From Candidatus Moraniibacteriota bacterium (GTDB lineage: Bacteria; Patescibacteriota; Minisyncoccia; Moranbacterales; DUUL01), in contig JBFHIG010000006.1 of the NCBI GenBank assembly GCA_041596615.1, positions 145 to 64,144 on the forward strand: DNA of 64,000 bases, read 5' to 3'. Shown here piece by piece: positions 35,947 to 43,650 of the stretch. A model generated the notes under the pieces. It was given only the letters and a program-made list of their open reading frames with translations. It was not told the DNA's origin and searched no databases. Within the stretch, counting starts at the first letter, position 1. The number at the start of each line of letters is the position of its first letter. Both the position numbers and the translations under genes were made by a program.

Positions 35947-36516
35947 ATGATTTATAAAATCAAAACACGAGACAAGCGCTATGAAATCGAAGCTGATAAT
36001 CAAAAAGAGGCTTTGATGAATTTAGTTGGCCAAGGAGAAATCCAGATTGATGAGCAGAAAGTTGAAGAATTTGAAATATACAACCAACTTCTTTATCGAG
36101 GAATTAAGTTTGGAACAAAGAGATCTACCGATATGGCAGATTATGGTTGCAAGCTTTTTACTTTTGCTATTATCTTGCAAAGAGATCCTATTGAGCTAGA
36201 CAAGTTTTTTTGTGAAAAGAATGTTTATTTTGGAACTTCCGGAGATCTGATTGATGATGTAGCAGTTGCAAAAGCTTTAGGATGGGAATTCAACGGAAGA
36301 GATTATAACATCGATCACATGCCAATTCTTTCACCTACAATCAAGGAGGTTGATTTTAGTCCTGCACCTGGCAAACAACAGCATTTTGTTGTTAGATGCG
36401 TTGATGAAACTGGCCGATACATCCTGGACCCATTTGGAGGAGCAAGAAGAAAAATCAATTATTACGAAGAAAAATCGCATCAATTTGTTAGTTATCGGGT
36501 TTTTGAAGTGAAATAA
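35947..36516 (+). CDS. endolysin candidate, papain-like cysteine peptidase
   Basis: DMADYGCKLFTFAIIL ... GKQQHFVVRCVD ... YILDPFGG is the same Cys/His/Asp layout as the host ORF 5507..6784 C-terminus. It is the last gene of the lysis cassette. Confidence 0.55.
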   Translation: MIYKIKTRDKRYEIEADNQKEALMNLVGQGEIQIDEQKVEEFEIYNQLLYRGIKFGTKRSTDMADYGCKLFTFAIILQRDPIELDKFFCEKNVYFGTSGDLIDDVAVAKALGWEFNGRDYNIDHMPILSPTIKEVDFSPAPGKQQHFVVRCVDETGRYILDPFGGARRKINYYEEKSHQFVSYRVFEVK

Positions 36517-36571
36517 AGTTGGAAATATGAGAGCTTTTAAATATTGAAAATGGCTTGCATAAACTAAAAAA

Positions 36572-36610
36572 ACAGGTAAAAGTCAATAACCTTGACTTTT
36601 ACCTGTTTTT
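36572..36610 (+). terminator. strong intrinsic terminator ending the late operon
   Basis: A perfect 15-bp stem ACAGGTAAAAGTCAA / TTGACTTTTACCTGT with a 5-nt loop and a T-run. Confidence 0.8.
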
Positions 36611-36733
36611 GTGTTCTATTGACACTTTTAATTTATTTTGTAAATATAAATAAAGAAACTCAAAAAGAGAAGTTGTTCTTTTAAAAAATAGTTATGAGGA
36701 GTTTACCTAAACATAACAAATATATACAAAAAA

Positions 36734-37045
36734 TTACATTATCATTTTGCCATGGTTGGAGTTTGCTGTAGTACATAAAACAAAATGACCAGACAACTAA
36801 CAAAAAGATATAGGAGATATAAAAATAAAAATTATCCCGGTAGCGGATGGATAGACAGCTATATTAAAGCATTTATATTTCAAGAAATTAAAGCAAACTG
36901 TGACCGCGAAAAAGAAAGAAAGAAAGAAAAAGCATGAAGTAATGAAAGATAAAAGGATGCAGTAACATCCTTTTATAAGAAAACCTTAACAATGTTATAA
37001 ATTAATATCTACTCATTCACTAACCATGGTAAAATGATAATGTAA
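36734..37045. repeat. 24-bp inverted repeats (23/24) bounding a 264-bp segment
   Basis: TTACATTATCATTTTGCCATGGTT (36734-36757) against the reverse complement of AACCATGGTAAAATGATAATGTAA (37022-37045), with one mismatch. Confidence 0.8.
36785..36937 (+). CDS. 50-aa basic ORF inside the inverted-repeat-bounded segment (coding status uncertain)
   Basis: Read by hand: MTRQLTKRYRRYKNKNYPGSGWIDSYIKAFIFQEIKANCDREKERKKEKA. There is no SD. An AAAGGATG/CATCCTTT hairpin follows at 36952-36973. Confidence 0.25.
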   Translation: MTRQLTKRYRRYKNKNYPGSGWIDSYIKAFIFQEIKANCDREKERKKEKA

Positions 37046-37130
37046 ATAAAATTGATAAATTTATACTTTAAACTTATCAATTTTGAAATATAAAGTCAAG
37101 TATCTTTACTTTTCAAACTTATTAGCATCC

Positions 37131-37159
37131 TTTACAAAAAAATATTGCTATGTTACAGT
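37131..37159 (+). promoter_or_regulatory. sigma-70-like promoter upstream of the integrase leader
   Basis: TTTACA (37131-37136), a 17-nt spacer, then TACAGT (37154-37159). Confidence 0.35.
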
Positions 37160-37353
37160 GCAAAGCTATCTATTAAATGATAGGTATCAATTAAAAATTC
37201 ATAGCAACTTGTGTCCGTCAGGACAGTGCCGAAAGGTATTTTGGGAAGACAAGTGGTTTTGTGATATACTTATAACAGACAGAAATTTTATTCAAAACAA
37301 AATTCTGTTATTCTATCTATTTTATTATAGATAGTTTGTAAAAGTCGCTCATT

Positions 37354-37395
37354 AGCCGAAAGTTTCCCAACTGACGGCAGTGGGCGGCTTTTTTT
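37354..37395 (+). terminator. intrinsic terminator abutting the integrase start codon
   Basis: AGCCG...CGGCT forms the outer stem and CCCA(A)CTG-ACGG-CAGTGGG the inner stem. T7 ends 2 nt before the ATG at 37398. Confidence 0.55.
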
Positions 37396-37397
37396 AC

Positions 37398-38261
37398 ATG
37401 AACAAAGAAATTGAAAACTACTTAGCGTGGAAAGGGACTTATGCAACTAGGGCTTGTAATAATTATCGCATTTGGTTGGAAAGATTTAATAACAGGACCA
37501 AAAAATCAATTGGGGATGTCAACATCGACGATATAATCAAATTTAATTCTTATTTAAAAACAAAATTTCAACCAACCACAATCCAATATGCAACAATAAT
37601 CATCAAGAATTTTTTTGAGTTCCATAAGCTCCAAGGGGTGTCTTGCATCTCTCCAAGCATCATCAAAGTTCCGAGAGCAACAGCCTGCTCATATCAGCCA
37701 ATAGTTAAGGACGAGTGCCTTAGATTGCTATCAGAAATTGATACAAGCTCTTTTGTTGGGCTACAAAGAAATATTATGGTTAGGATTCTTTATGAGACGG
37801 GGATTCGTGTAAGTGAATTAACTGATCTCAATGTTAGTTCAATTAATACCTCAAATAAATCTGCAATTATATCAACAAAAAAAACTACTCAAAAAAGAAG
37901 GATAGTGTGGGGAAGTGAGACCAATTCCCTATTATGTGATTTTATAAAAATAAGAAAAAGTATAAATACAAATCCGGCACTTTTTATTGGAACAAAGGCA
38001 GGTGGGGAAGTAAGTAACAGAATAACAACAAGATCTGTTCAACGGACAATAAAATTGTTATGTGAGAAAGCTGAAATAGTATCAAAAATAACTCCGCATA
38101 GTTTTCGCCATGGTAAAGCTCACAGAATTTTAGAATCCGGAGGAAACCCAAAAGATGTCCAGGCAATACTTGGACATGTAAATCCAGTATCAAGTTTTGT
38201 TTATTTGCAATGGAACGACATGGAATTTGAAAAAAGGGCCAGAATGTTCGTAGAAAACTAG
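37398..38261 (+). CDS. tyrosine integrase (XerC/XerD-like, with N-terminal SAM-like domain)
   Basis: ETGIRVSELTDL (Arg), HSFRHGKAH (H-x-x-R) and LGHVNPVSSFVYL (His ... Tyr). It is the terminal gene next to the right repeat. The ATG at 37398 is preferred over the listed GTG at 37380, which lies inside the terminator. Confidence 0.85.
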   Translation: MNKEIENYLAWKGTYATRACNNYRIWLERFNNRTKKSIGDVNIDDIIKFNSYLKTKFQPTTIQYATIIIKNFFEFHKLQGVSCISPSIIKVPRATACSYQPIVKDECLRLLSEIDTSSFVGLQRNIMVRILYETGIRVSELTDLNVSSINTSNKSAIISTKKTTQKRRIVWGSETNSLLCDFIKIRKSINTNPALFIGTKAGGEVSNRITTRSVQRTIKLLCEKAEIVSKITPHSFRHGKAHRILESGGNPKDVQAILGHVNPVSSFVYLQWNDMEFEKRARMFVEN

Positions 38262-38290
38262 ATTATTGGTATATTTCTGCACTACCATAA

Positions 38291-38370
38291 AAGGCTTAGT
38301 TAAGCCAAAAAACGAGGCTCAAAATTGAGTTCTAAGCGCCTAAATAATAAAAGTTGATTAGTTATACCTT
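38291..38370 (-). repeat. third, inverted copy of the att-repeat sequence immediately after the integrase gene
   Basis: The reverse complement contains GCGCTTAGAACTCAATTTTGAGCCTCGTTTTTTGGCTTAA (40 bp identical to both bounding repeats) plus a diverged ATAAC(T/C)AATCAACTT part. Confidence 0.75.
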
Positions 38371-38416
38371 TAAAATACTATAACTAAGGGCTTAATCTGG
38401 CATTTTGATTAAATTG

Positions 38417-38445
38417 TTGACGGTCTTGCATCAATATGCTATAAT
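38417..38445 (+). promoter_or_regulatory. near-consensus sigma-70 promoter pointing toward attR
   Basis: TTGACG (38417-38422), a 17-nt spacer, then TATAAT (38440-38445). It is followed by an A/C-rich ~45-nt stretch and a weak hairpin plus T6 (38484-38500). Confidence 0.55.
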
Positions 38446-38511
38446 AGCGGTACAGTACAAAAAAACAAAATAAAACAAACAAAACACTGACGTGTTTTTT
38501 AAAAAAGGTTT

Positions 38512-38541
38512 AACGTCGCATAATATACATTGTGCGACGTT
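38512..38541. promoter_or_regulatory. palindromic pair of AACGTCGCA(T/C)AA motifs (candidate integrase arm-type or regulator site, right arm)
   Basis: AACGTCGCATAA (38512-38523) and its inverted partner TTGTGCGACGTT (38530-38541). Confidence 0.4.
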
Positions 38542-38810
38542 ACATATATAACCGTTCCAAGACGTTTCTGTTGCCACAGAGACAAAGTCATCCTAGTCTT
38601 TTAATTGCCCCGCTCTTTCCCAGCTCTTATACTTATAAATTAGATTAAGTTTATTTTTATTAAACCTTCCTAGAACGTCCATTAACCTTTTGTCATAAAT
38701 TACCCAAATTTGATTTTTGAGCTTTAGTTTGGTTTTTCATTGCTTAGTTTTATGTGCTAACGCCTATATTGAAAAAATAATACAAAAACCTCTACAAACC
38801 CTCACAAGAG

Positions 38811-38910
38811 CTTTATTTAAGGCATTTTAAGGGCATAACCAATCAACTTGCGATTTCAAAGCGCTTAGAACTCAATTTTGAGCCTCGTTTTTTGGCTTAA
38901 TTAAGGCATT
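38811..38910 (+). repeat. right copy of the prophage-bounding direct repeat (putative attR; identical core 38855-38910)
   Basis: See 7751-7850. The offset between the two copies is 31,060 bp. Confidence 0.75.
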
Positions 38911-39103
38911 ATTTTAGTAATAAATATCTCTAAAAAATGCACCTTTTGCTCTGAATATTATTAAATATCCTAGAAAAAGGCATTTAATGCCAAACAAATT
39001 ACCTGGCCAAAGAATCAGTTTTTGTTTGCTTATCGGTTAGTTATCTTTCTTTTTTTATGTTAAAATCATTAACGTAGTAATTAAAGCTTAATTTAAATTC
39101 TTT

Positions 39104-39511
39104 ATGCAACAAGAAGGTTTTTCCAAGGGCTTTTACATTATAATTCTGATTGTTTCAATTATTTTTTTATATACAATTTTTAAGATTCTTCCCGATAGAA
39201 CAAAAAATCTTTTTGTTGGTGAAGGCTCTTCTATGGAGCCAACACTTCAAGATGGCGCCGAAATTATTGTTAGCTCTAATAGAATTCCTCAAGCAGGAGA
39301 AATAATAGTTTTTAAGTGCAAAGAAAAATGTAAAGAAGCATCAGGAGAAATATTAACAAAAAGGCTTGACTCAATTGATGTAAATGGCTGTTATTGGGTT
39401 CTTGGGGACAATGAAGAGGTCTCTTATGATTCTAGGTCTTTCGGAAAATTGTGCAAAGAAGATATTGAGTTGTACGGGGTCGTAGTCAATATTATCAACA
39501 AGGAAAAATAA
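39104..39511 (+). CDS. S26-family signal peptidase I-like protein (chromosomal paralogue of the phage copy)
   Basis: N-terminal TM helix, GEGSSMEPTL, LTKRLDSI and WVLGDNEEVSYDSRSFG. Confidence 0.75.
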   Translation: MQQEGFSKGFYIIILIVSIIFLYTIFKILPDRTKNLFVGEGSSMEPTLQDGAEIIVSSNRIPQAGEIIVFKCKEKCKEASGEILTKRLDSIDVNGCYWVLGDNEEVSYDSRSFGKLCKEDIELYGVVVNIINKEK

Positions 39512-39561
39512 TTCATATTACCCCTACCCCTTACGATCTTATAATTAAAGCAACTAAAAAA

Positions 39562-40695
39562 ATGAAAACATCTTTTTCAGCTTTAAACACATTTCAGAGC
39601 TGCCCATTGAAATATAAATTTCAAGTTATAGATAAAATCAGCACGCCTAAATCCCCAGAGGCTGTCTTCGGAACTTTAATTCACTCAACCTTGCAATTTA
39701 TTCATTCGGGTGGATTTCTTCCGCCAACAGAACAAGAGGCTTTACAATTTTTTGCCACTAAATGGAACCCGGATGTTTTTACAGAGGAGTTGCAAGAAAG
39801 AACCGCTTTTGCCCAAGGCGTAAGAATAATCCAACAATATTTTCATAAATATGACCCTTCCAAAATTCAAATTGTTGATTTGGAATCTCGTTTTTCAATT
39901 GAGCTAGATGACAAGGAAGGAGATGAGAAACATTTTGTCTCTGGGTTTATAGACCGCATTGACAAGACCGAAGACGGCTATGAGATTATTGATTACAAAA
40001 CTTCTAAAAAACTACCCCCTCAAGAATTTGTTGATAATAATCTTCAGCTCGCAATATATCTTTTAGCATTTCTGAAACGTTATCCAAATTTCAACGAAAT
40101 TAACAAGGTCAAACTTTCTTTATTTTTTGTGCACCACGGCGAAAAGCTAACAACTACAAAAACAAAAGAACAGTTACAGATGGTCAAAGACGAGTTGCTT
40201 GAAGTCATTCACCAAGTAGAGGAGTCTGACTTCCCCGCTGTTGTTACGCCTCTTTGTGCCTGGTGTGGATATCAAAAAATTTGTCCTATGTGGAAACATA
40301 AGTTTAAAAAAGTTGTTTTGACTACGGACGAAGAAAAAAGAGATGCTATCAAACAATATATAAATGCTCAAGAGAATGCTAAAAACGAGAGGAAAAAAGC
40401 AGGAGAACTGCAAGAAAGAATTTTAGAAATAATGGAAGCCGAAAAAGCAGAGAGACTCTTTAGCGATGGAAAGATTGTTTCAAGAACGTGTAGACAGACT
40501 TTTGGATATGACGAGAAACGCCTGCAGGAAATATTAGAAAGAGAAAAGCTTTGGGACGAAGTCGTTAAATTGAATCAAACTCAGTTAAAAAAAGTCGTCG
40601 AAGCTCTTCCCTCTTCCACAAAAAAGGAAGTTGAACAAACACGAGAATTAAAAAAAGAAACCTTCGGTTTGAGCATTAAAAAAGGAGAAGAATAA
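39562..40695 (+). CDS. PD-(D/E)XK nuclease, Cas4/RecB-like with Fe-S cysteine cluster and long C-terminal coiled coil
   Basis: N-terminal Cys (FQSCPLKYKF), GFIDRIDKTEDGYEIIDYKTSKK (D ... E-x-K) and CAWCGYQKICPMW (C-x2-C-x5-C). The last ~125 aa are Lys/Glu-rich and helical. Confidence 0.7.
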   Translation: MKTSFSALNTFQSCPLKYKFQVIDKISTPKSPEAVFGTLIHSTLQFIHSGGFLPPTEQEALQFFATKWNPDVFTEELQERTAFAQGVRIIQQYFHKYDPSKIQIVDLESRFSIELDDKEGDEKHFVSGFIDRIDKTEDGYEIIDYKTSKKLPPQEFVDNNLQLAIYLLAFLKRYPNFNEINKVKLSLFFVHHGEKLTTTKTKEQLQMVKDELLEVIHQVEESDFPAVVTPLCAWCGYQKICPMWKHKFKKVVLTTDEEKRDAIKQYINAQENAKNERKKAGELQERILEIMEAEKAERLFSDGKIVSRTCRQTFGYDEKRLQEILEREKLWDEVVKLNQTQLKKVVEALPSSTKKEVEQTRELKKETFGLSIKKGEE

Positions 40696-40763
40696 AAACT
40701 ACGCTAAAAATATAAAAAATAGAAAATGAAAATAACCAGCTGGGTATTTTAAAAAAGCAGGAA

Positions 40764-41066
40764 TCATGCTTTAGATTTAGCTTGTTTTGTCCAATTTATT
40801 CCGAATCTCCAAGTTTTCTTTTCTACATAAACAGCATACCACCACCTATATCCAACTGGAAATCCTAGAATTAAACCTAAAATAACAAAAAAGGCTTGGA
40901 ACCAAAGGGGGAAAGAGAATTTCATTCCTTGTAAAAACCATAAATCATTTAAATTTAAATCACCATAAACAATTTGTGTAACAAGAAACAGTTCTAATGC
41001 CTTTAAAAGGGCTAAATTTACGAGTCCAATCGTTGTCATAGAAACCAAAAGGTATGTTCTTTTCAT
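40764..41066 (-). CDS. small two-TM membrane protein (paralogue of 51555..51860)
   Basis: Shares a YRWWYAVYVEKKTWRF-type C-terminal motif with the other copy. Confidence 0.5.
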   Translation of the reverse strand: MKRTYLLVSMTTIGLVNLALLKALELFLVTQIVYGDLNLNDLWFLQGMKFSFPLWFQAFFVILGLILGFPVGYRWWYAVYVEKKTWRFGINWTKQAKSKA

Positions 41067-41257
41067 GGCTTTGCTTTGTTATTGGTATTAAAAAATAGAA
41101 CCATTACAGATGAAATTTTTTGGAAATTGATTAAAGTTTATATTCTTAACTTTAAGATAGCAAAAAAAATAAGTTCTGTGAAGGGCTTATAATAGTATAA
41201 AGTTGAGGATGCTAAAAATAGGTTTATAGCCATTTTTTTAGTTAAGAATAATAATCC

Positions 41258-42619
41258 CTATTTTTTATTATGAAAATCCAACACCTTTTTGTCTATAATA
41301 ATGTCTCGTGGACGAAGTGGATTTTTAAGATATATCCCTTCAAGTTTTGTGCAACGGCTAAGAGCGACATATGTCTGACCATGAGTGAATGCCCCGTTTC
41401 CAAGGTCAATAATGGCTTTTTTGAATGTCTTTCCTTGACTTTTATGTATAGTCACCGCCCATGCCAATTTCAAAGGAAGTTGAGCAAAAGACCCTCGTTC
41501 AAATTTATCAATTTCTTTTTCCATAGAATTGTATCTATAATCGTAAACTTCCCAAACGGTTTTCATAACTCGATGTTCTTTCTTCCCAACCTTGATTAGC
41601 GCATAGTGTTCACTGAGTTTTTTAACAACACCGAGAGTCCCGTTTACCCAGCGTTTTGGGGTTTCAATGTCATTTTTCACAAACATTACTTGGGCACCCA
41701 CCTTAAGTCTTAATTCAGGATCAACTGGGCAATCCTTTTTCTGAAAGTCGCCTTTCACACTAGCTCTAAAAACCATTTCTTCTCCCTTGACCTCGGATAA
41801 CTTTGCCGAGTTTATTCTATCCACAGTAGCATTTGTACTGGCCAAGGTTATGATTGGTTCATTCTTGTTTTCACAAGAGCGACAGCGCGTATTGAAAAGC
41901 TCAAAGTCCTCATTTGTTAAAAGTCTTTCTCTGGTTCTGCTTAAAAGCTCCTGAAAATCAATGTCTTTTTGACGAAATATTTTAGTCAACTGAATTACCT
42001 CAAAATCAGCTTCCTCGAAACAATTGGCGTTAAAAAAATAAACTCCTTCATATTGGTCGATAAAATATTCTCGCTCCCTTCCCATCACAACCGGTGGCAA
42101 TTGAAAAAGATCGCCGAAAGCAATAATTTGAATTCCGCCAAAAGGGGAATTCTTTCTGGTGTTCATTCGCAAAGAATGGTCAATGGCATCCATAATATCA
42201 GCCCTGACCATTGAAATTTCATCAATCACAATTGCATCTAGATTTTCAAAAATCTCAGCCTTGTGATGCAAATTTTCCACATCATCCCGTCTCACAACCC
42301 CAAAAGGAAAGAGAAAAAAGGAATGGATTGTATTCCCTTGAATATTAACAGCTGCGATTCCTGTAGGAGCTAAGATCACAATTTTTTTTGTTGTTGCTTT
42401 GCAGAAATATTTTAGCAAAGTTGATTTTCCTGTCCCAGCTTTTCCTGTGATGAAAATATTCCGATTGGTTTCTTCCATCAGACACAATGTATCTTCAAAC
42501 TCATCCGTCATCTCAATCTTTTCTGCTTTAAATATTTTTGCTACTTTTTCGATGATTGTTTCCACTTTTTCTTTTTTAATTTTGTTTACTGGGCAATTAT
42601 AGCACACCCTATTTTGCAT
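41258..42619 (-). CDS. Pif1/RecD-like superfamily-1 DNA helicase
   Basis: GKAGTGKSTLL (Walker A), VIDEISMV (Walker B), GDLFQLPPV, TIHKSQGKTF and YVALSRCT. Confidence 0.85.
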   Translation of the reverse strand: MQNRVCYNCPVNKIKKEKVETIIEKVAKIFKAEKIEMTDEFEDTLCLMEETNRNIFITGKAGTGKSTLLKYFCKATTKKIVILAPTGIAAVNIQGNTIHSFFLFPFGVVRRDDVENLHHKAEIFENLDAIVIDEISMVRADIMDAIDHSLRMNTRKNSPFGGIQIIAFGDLFQLPPVVMGREREYFIDQYEGVYFFNANCFEEADFEVIQLTKIFRQKDIDFQELLSRTRERLLTNEDFELFNTRCRSCENKNEPIITLASTNATVDRINSAKLSEVKGEEMVFRASVKGDFQKKDCPVDPELRLKVGAQVMFVKNDIETPKRWVNGTLGVVKKLSEHYALIKVGKKEHRVMKTVWEVYDYRYNSMEKEIDKFERGSFAQLPLKLAWAVTIHKSQGKTFKKAIIDLGNGAFTHGQTYVALSRCTKLEGIYLKNPLRPRDIIIDKKVLDFHNKK

Positions 42620-43637
42620 TTTCTAGTTTAAGTTTCTTTTCCCACTCCCAAGCTGTTCGAAGTGCATCATCTAAATTTCTTTGAGCTTTCCAACCCAGAG
42701 TCTTGTTAGCAAGTTTGGTGCTTGAAAAAGAGGCTTCCACATCCCCATTTCGACGTTCTACGATTTGATATGGCAATTTTTGTCCACTTACACGTTCAAA
42801 CGATTTGATCACCTCTAGGACCGAATTTCCTTTTCCAGTTCCTAGGTTGAAAATTTCCACTCCACCTTTTTTATTTTCCAACATTCGCCAGATGGATTTT
42901 ACATGTGCTTTGGCCAAATCAACAACGTGAATGTAGTCACGGATGCAAGTTCCGTCTGGCGTGTTATAATCACCACCAAAAACTTTCAATTCTTCTCGCA
43001 AACCAATTCCAGTTTGTGTCACAAAAGGCACAAGATTCGCTGGAACGCCAATCGGCAATTCACCGATAAGTGCTGATTCGTGTGCACCAATCGGATTGAA
43101 GTATCGCAAGACAATGCTTTGAAAGTCTTCGTCGCTTTTTGCTAATGCGATTATCATATCTTCGCAAATTTGCTTTGTTTCACCATAGGGACAATTGGCT
43201 TTCTTCAAGGGGGATTCTTCTGTTAAAGGCAACCGGTCAGCATCGCCATAGACAGTGGCTGAAGATGAGAAAACCAGATTATTAATTTTGTTTTTTCTTG
43301 CCGACTCCATCAAATTCAAAAGAGAATTGAGATTGTTTCGATAATATTTCAAGGGTTGTTCAATTGATTCTCCTACCGCCTTGAAAGCTGCAAAATGAAT
43401 CATTGCGGAAATATCCTGGTGTCGTGAAAAGAATTCGTCTAGTTTCTTTTTGTCACAGATATCAAATTCTTCAAAAGCAGGAACTTTTCCAGTGATTTTT
43501 TCAATCCCCTCAAGCACTTTTTTGTTTGAATTAGAAAGATTATCAATAATGACAACCTCATATCCAGCATTCATCAGTTCAACAGTTGTATGTGAGCCGA
43601 TATACCCCGTTCCACCTGTTACTAAAATCTTAGACAT
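42609..43637 (-). CDS. galE: UDP-glucose 4-epimerase
   Basis: ILVTGGTGYIGSH (Rossmann) and a YGETK catalytic Y-x3-K, with full-length GalE-like architecture. Confidence 0.9.
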   Translation of the reverse strand: MSKILVTGGTGYIGSHTTVELMNAGYEVVIIDNLSNSNKKVLEGIEKITGKVPAFEEFDICDKKKLDEFFSRHQDISAMIHFAAFKAVGESIEQPLKYYRNNLNSLLNLMESARKNKINNLVFSSSATVYGDADRLPLTEESPLKKANCPYGETKQICEDMIIALAKSDEDFQSIVLRYFNPIGAHESALIGELPIGVPANLVPFVTQTGIGLREELKVFGGDYNTPDGTCIRDYIHVVDLAKAHVKSIWRMLENKKGGVEIFNLGTGKGNSVLEVIKSFERVSGQKLPYQIVERRNGDVEASFSSTKLANKTLGWKAQRNLDDALRTAWEWEKKLKLENAK

Positions 43638-43650
43638 ATTTTTATTTTAA

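Larger units (their letters stand above)
7751..38910 (+). mobile_element. integrated temperate phage (podovirus-like prophage), ~31 kb, bounded by direct repeats
   Basis: A full set of phage modules is present: replication, terminase, portal, scaffold, capsid, tail, lysis and integrase. All but two genes are on the + strand. The block is flanked by a 100-bp direct repeat and sits between housekeeping genes. Confidence 0.85.

Noticed and set aside
37083-37334. Listed 83-aa ORF upstream of the integrase
   Set aside because: It has a TTG start, no SD, and a low-complexity Tyr/Phe/Leu-rich composition typical of AT-rich non-coding DNA. The region is better explained as a leader or ncRNA bounded by a promoter and a terminator.
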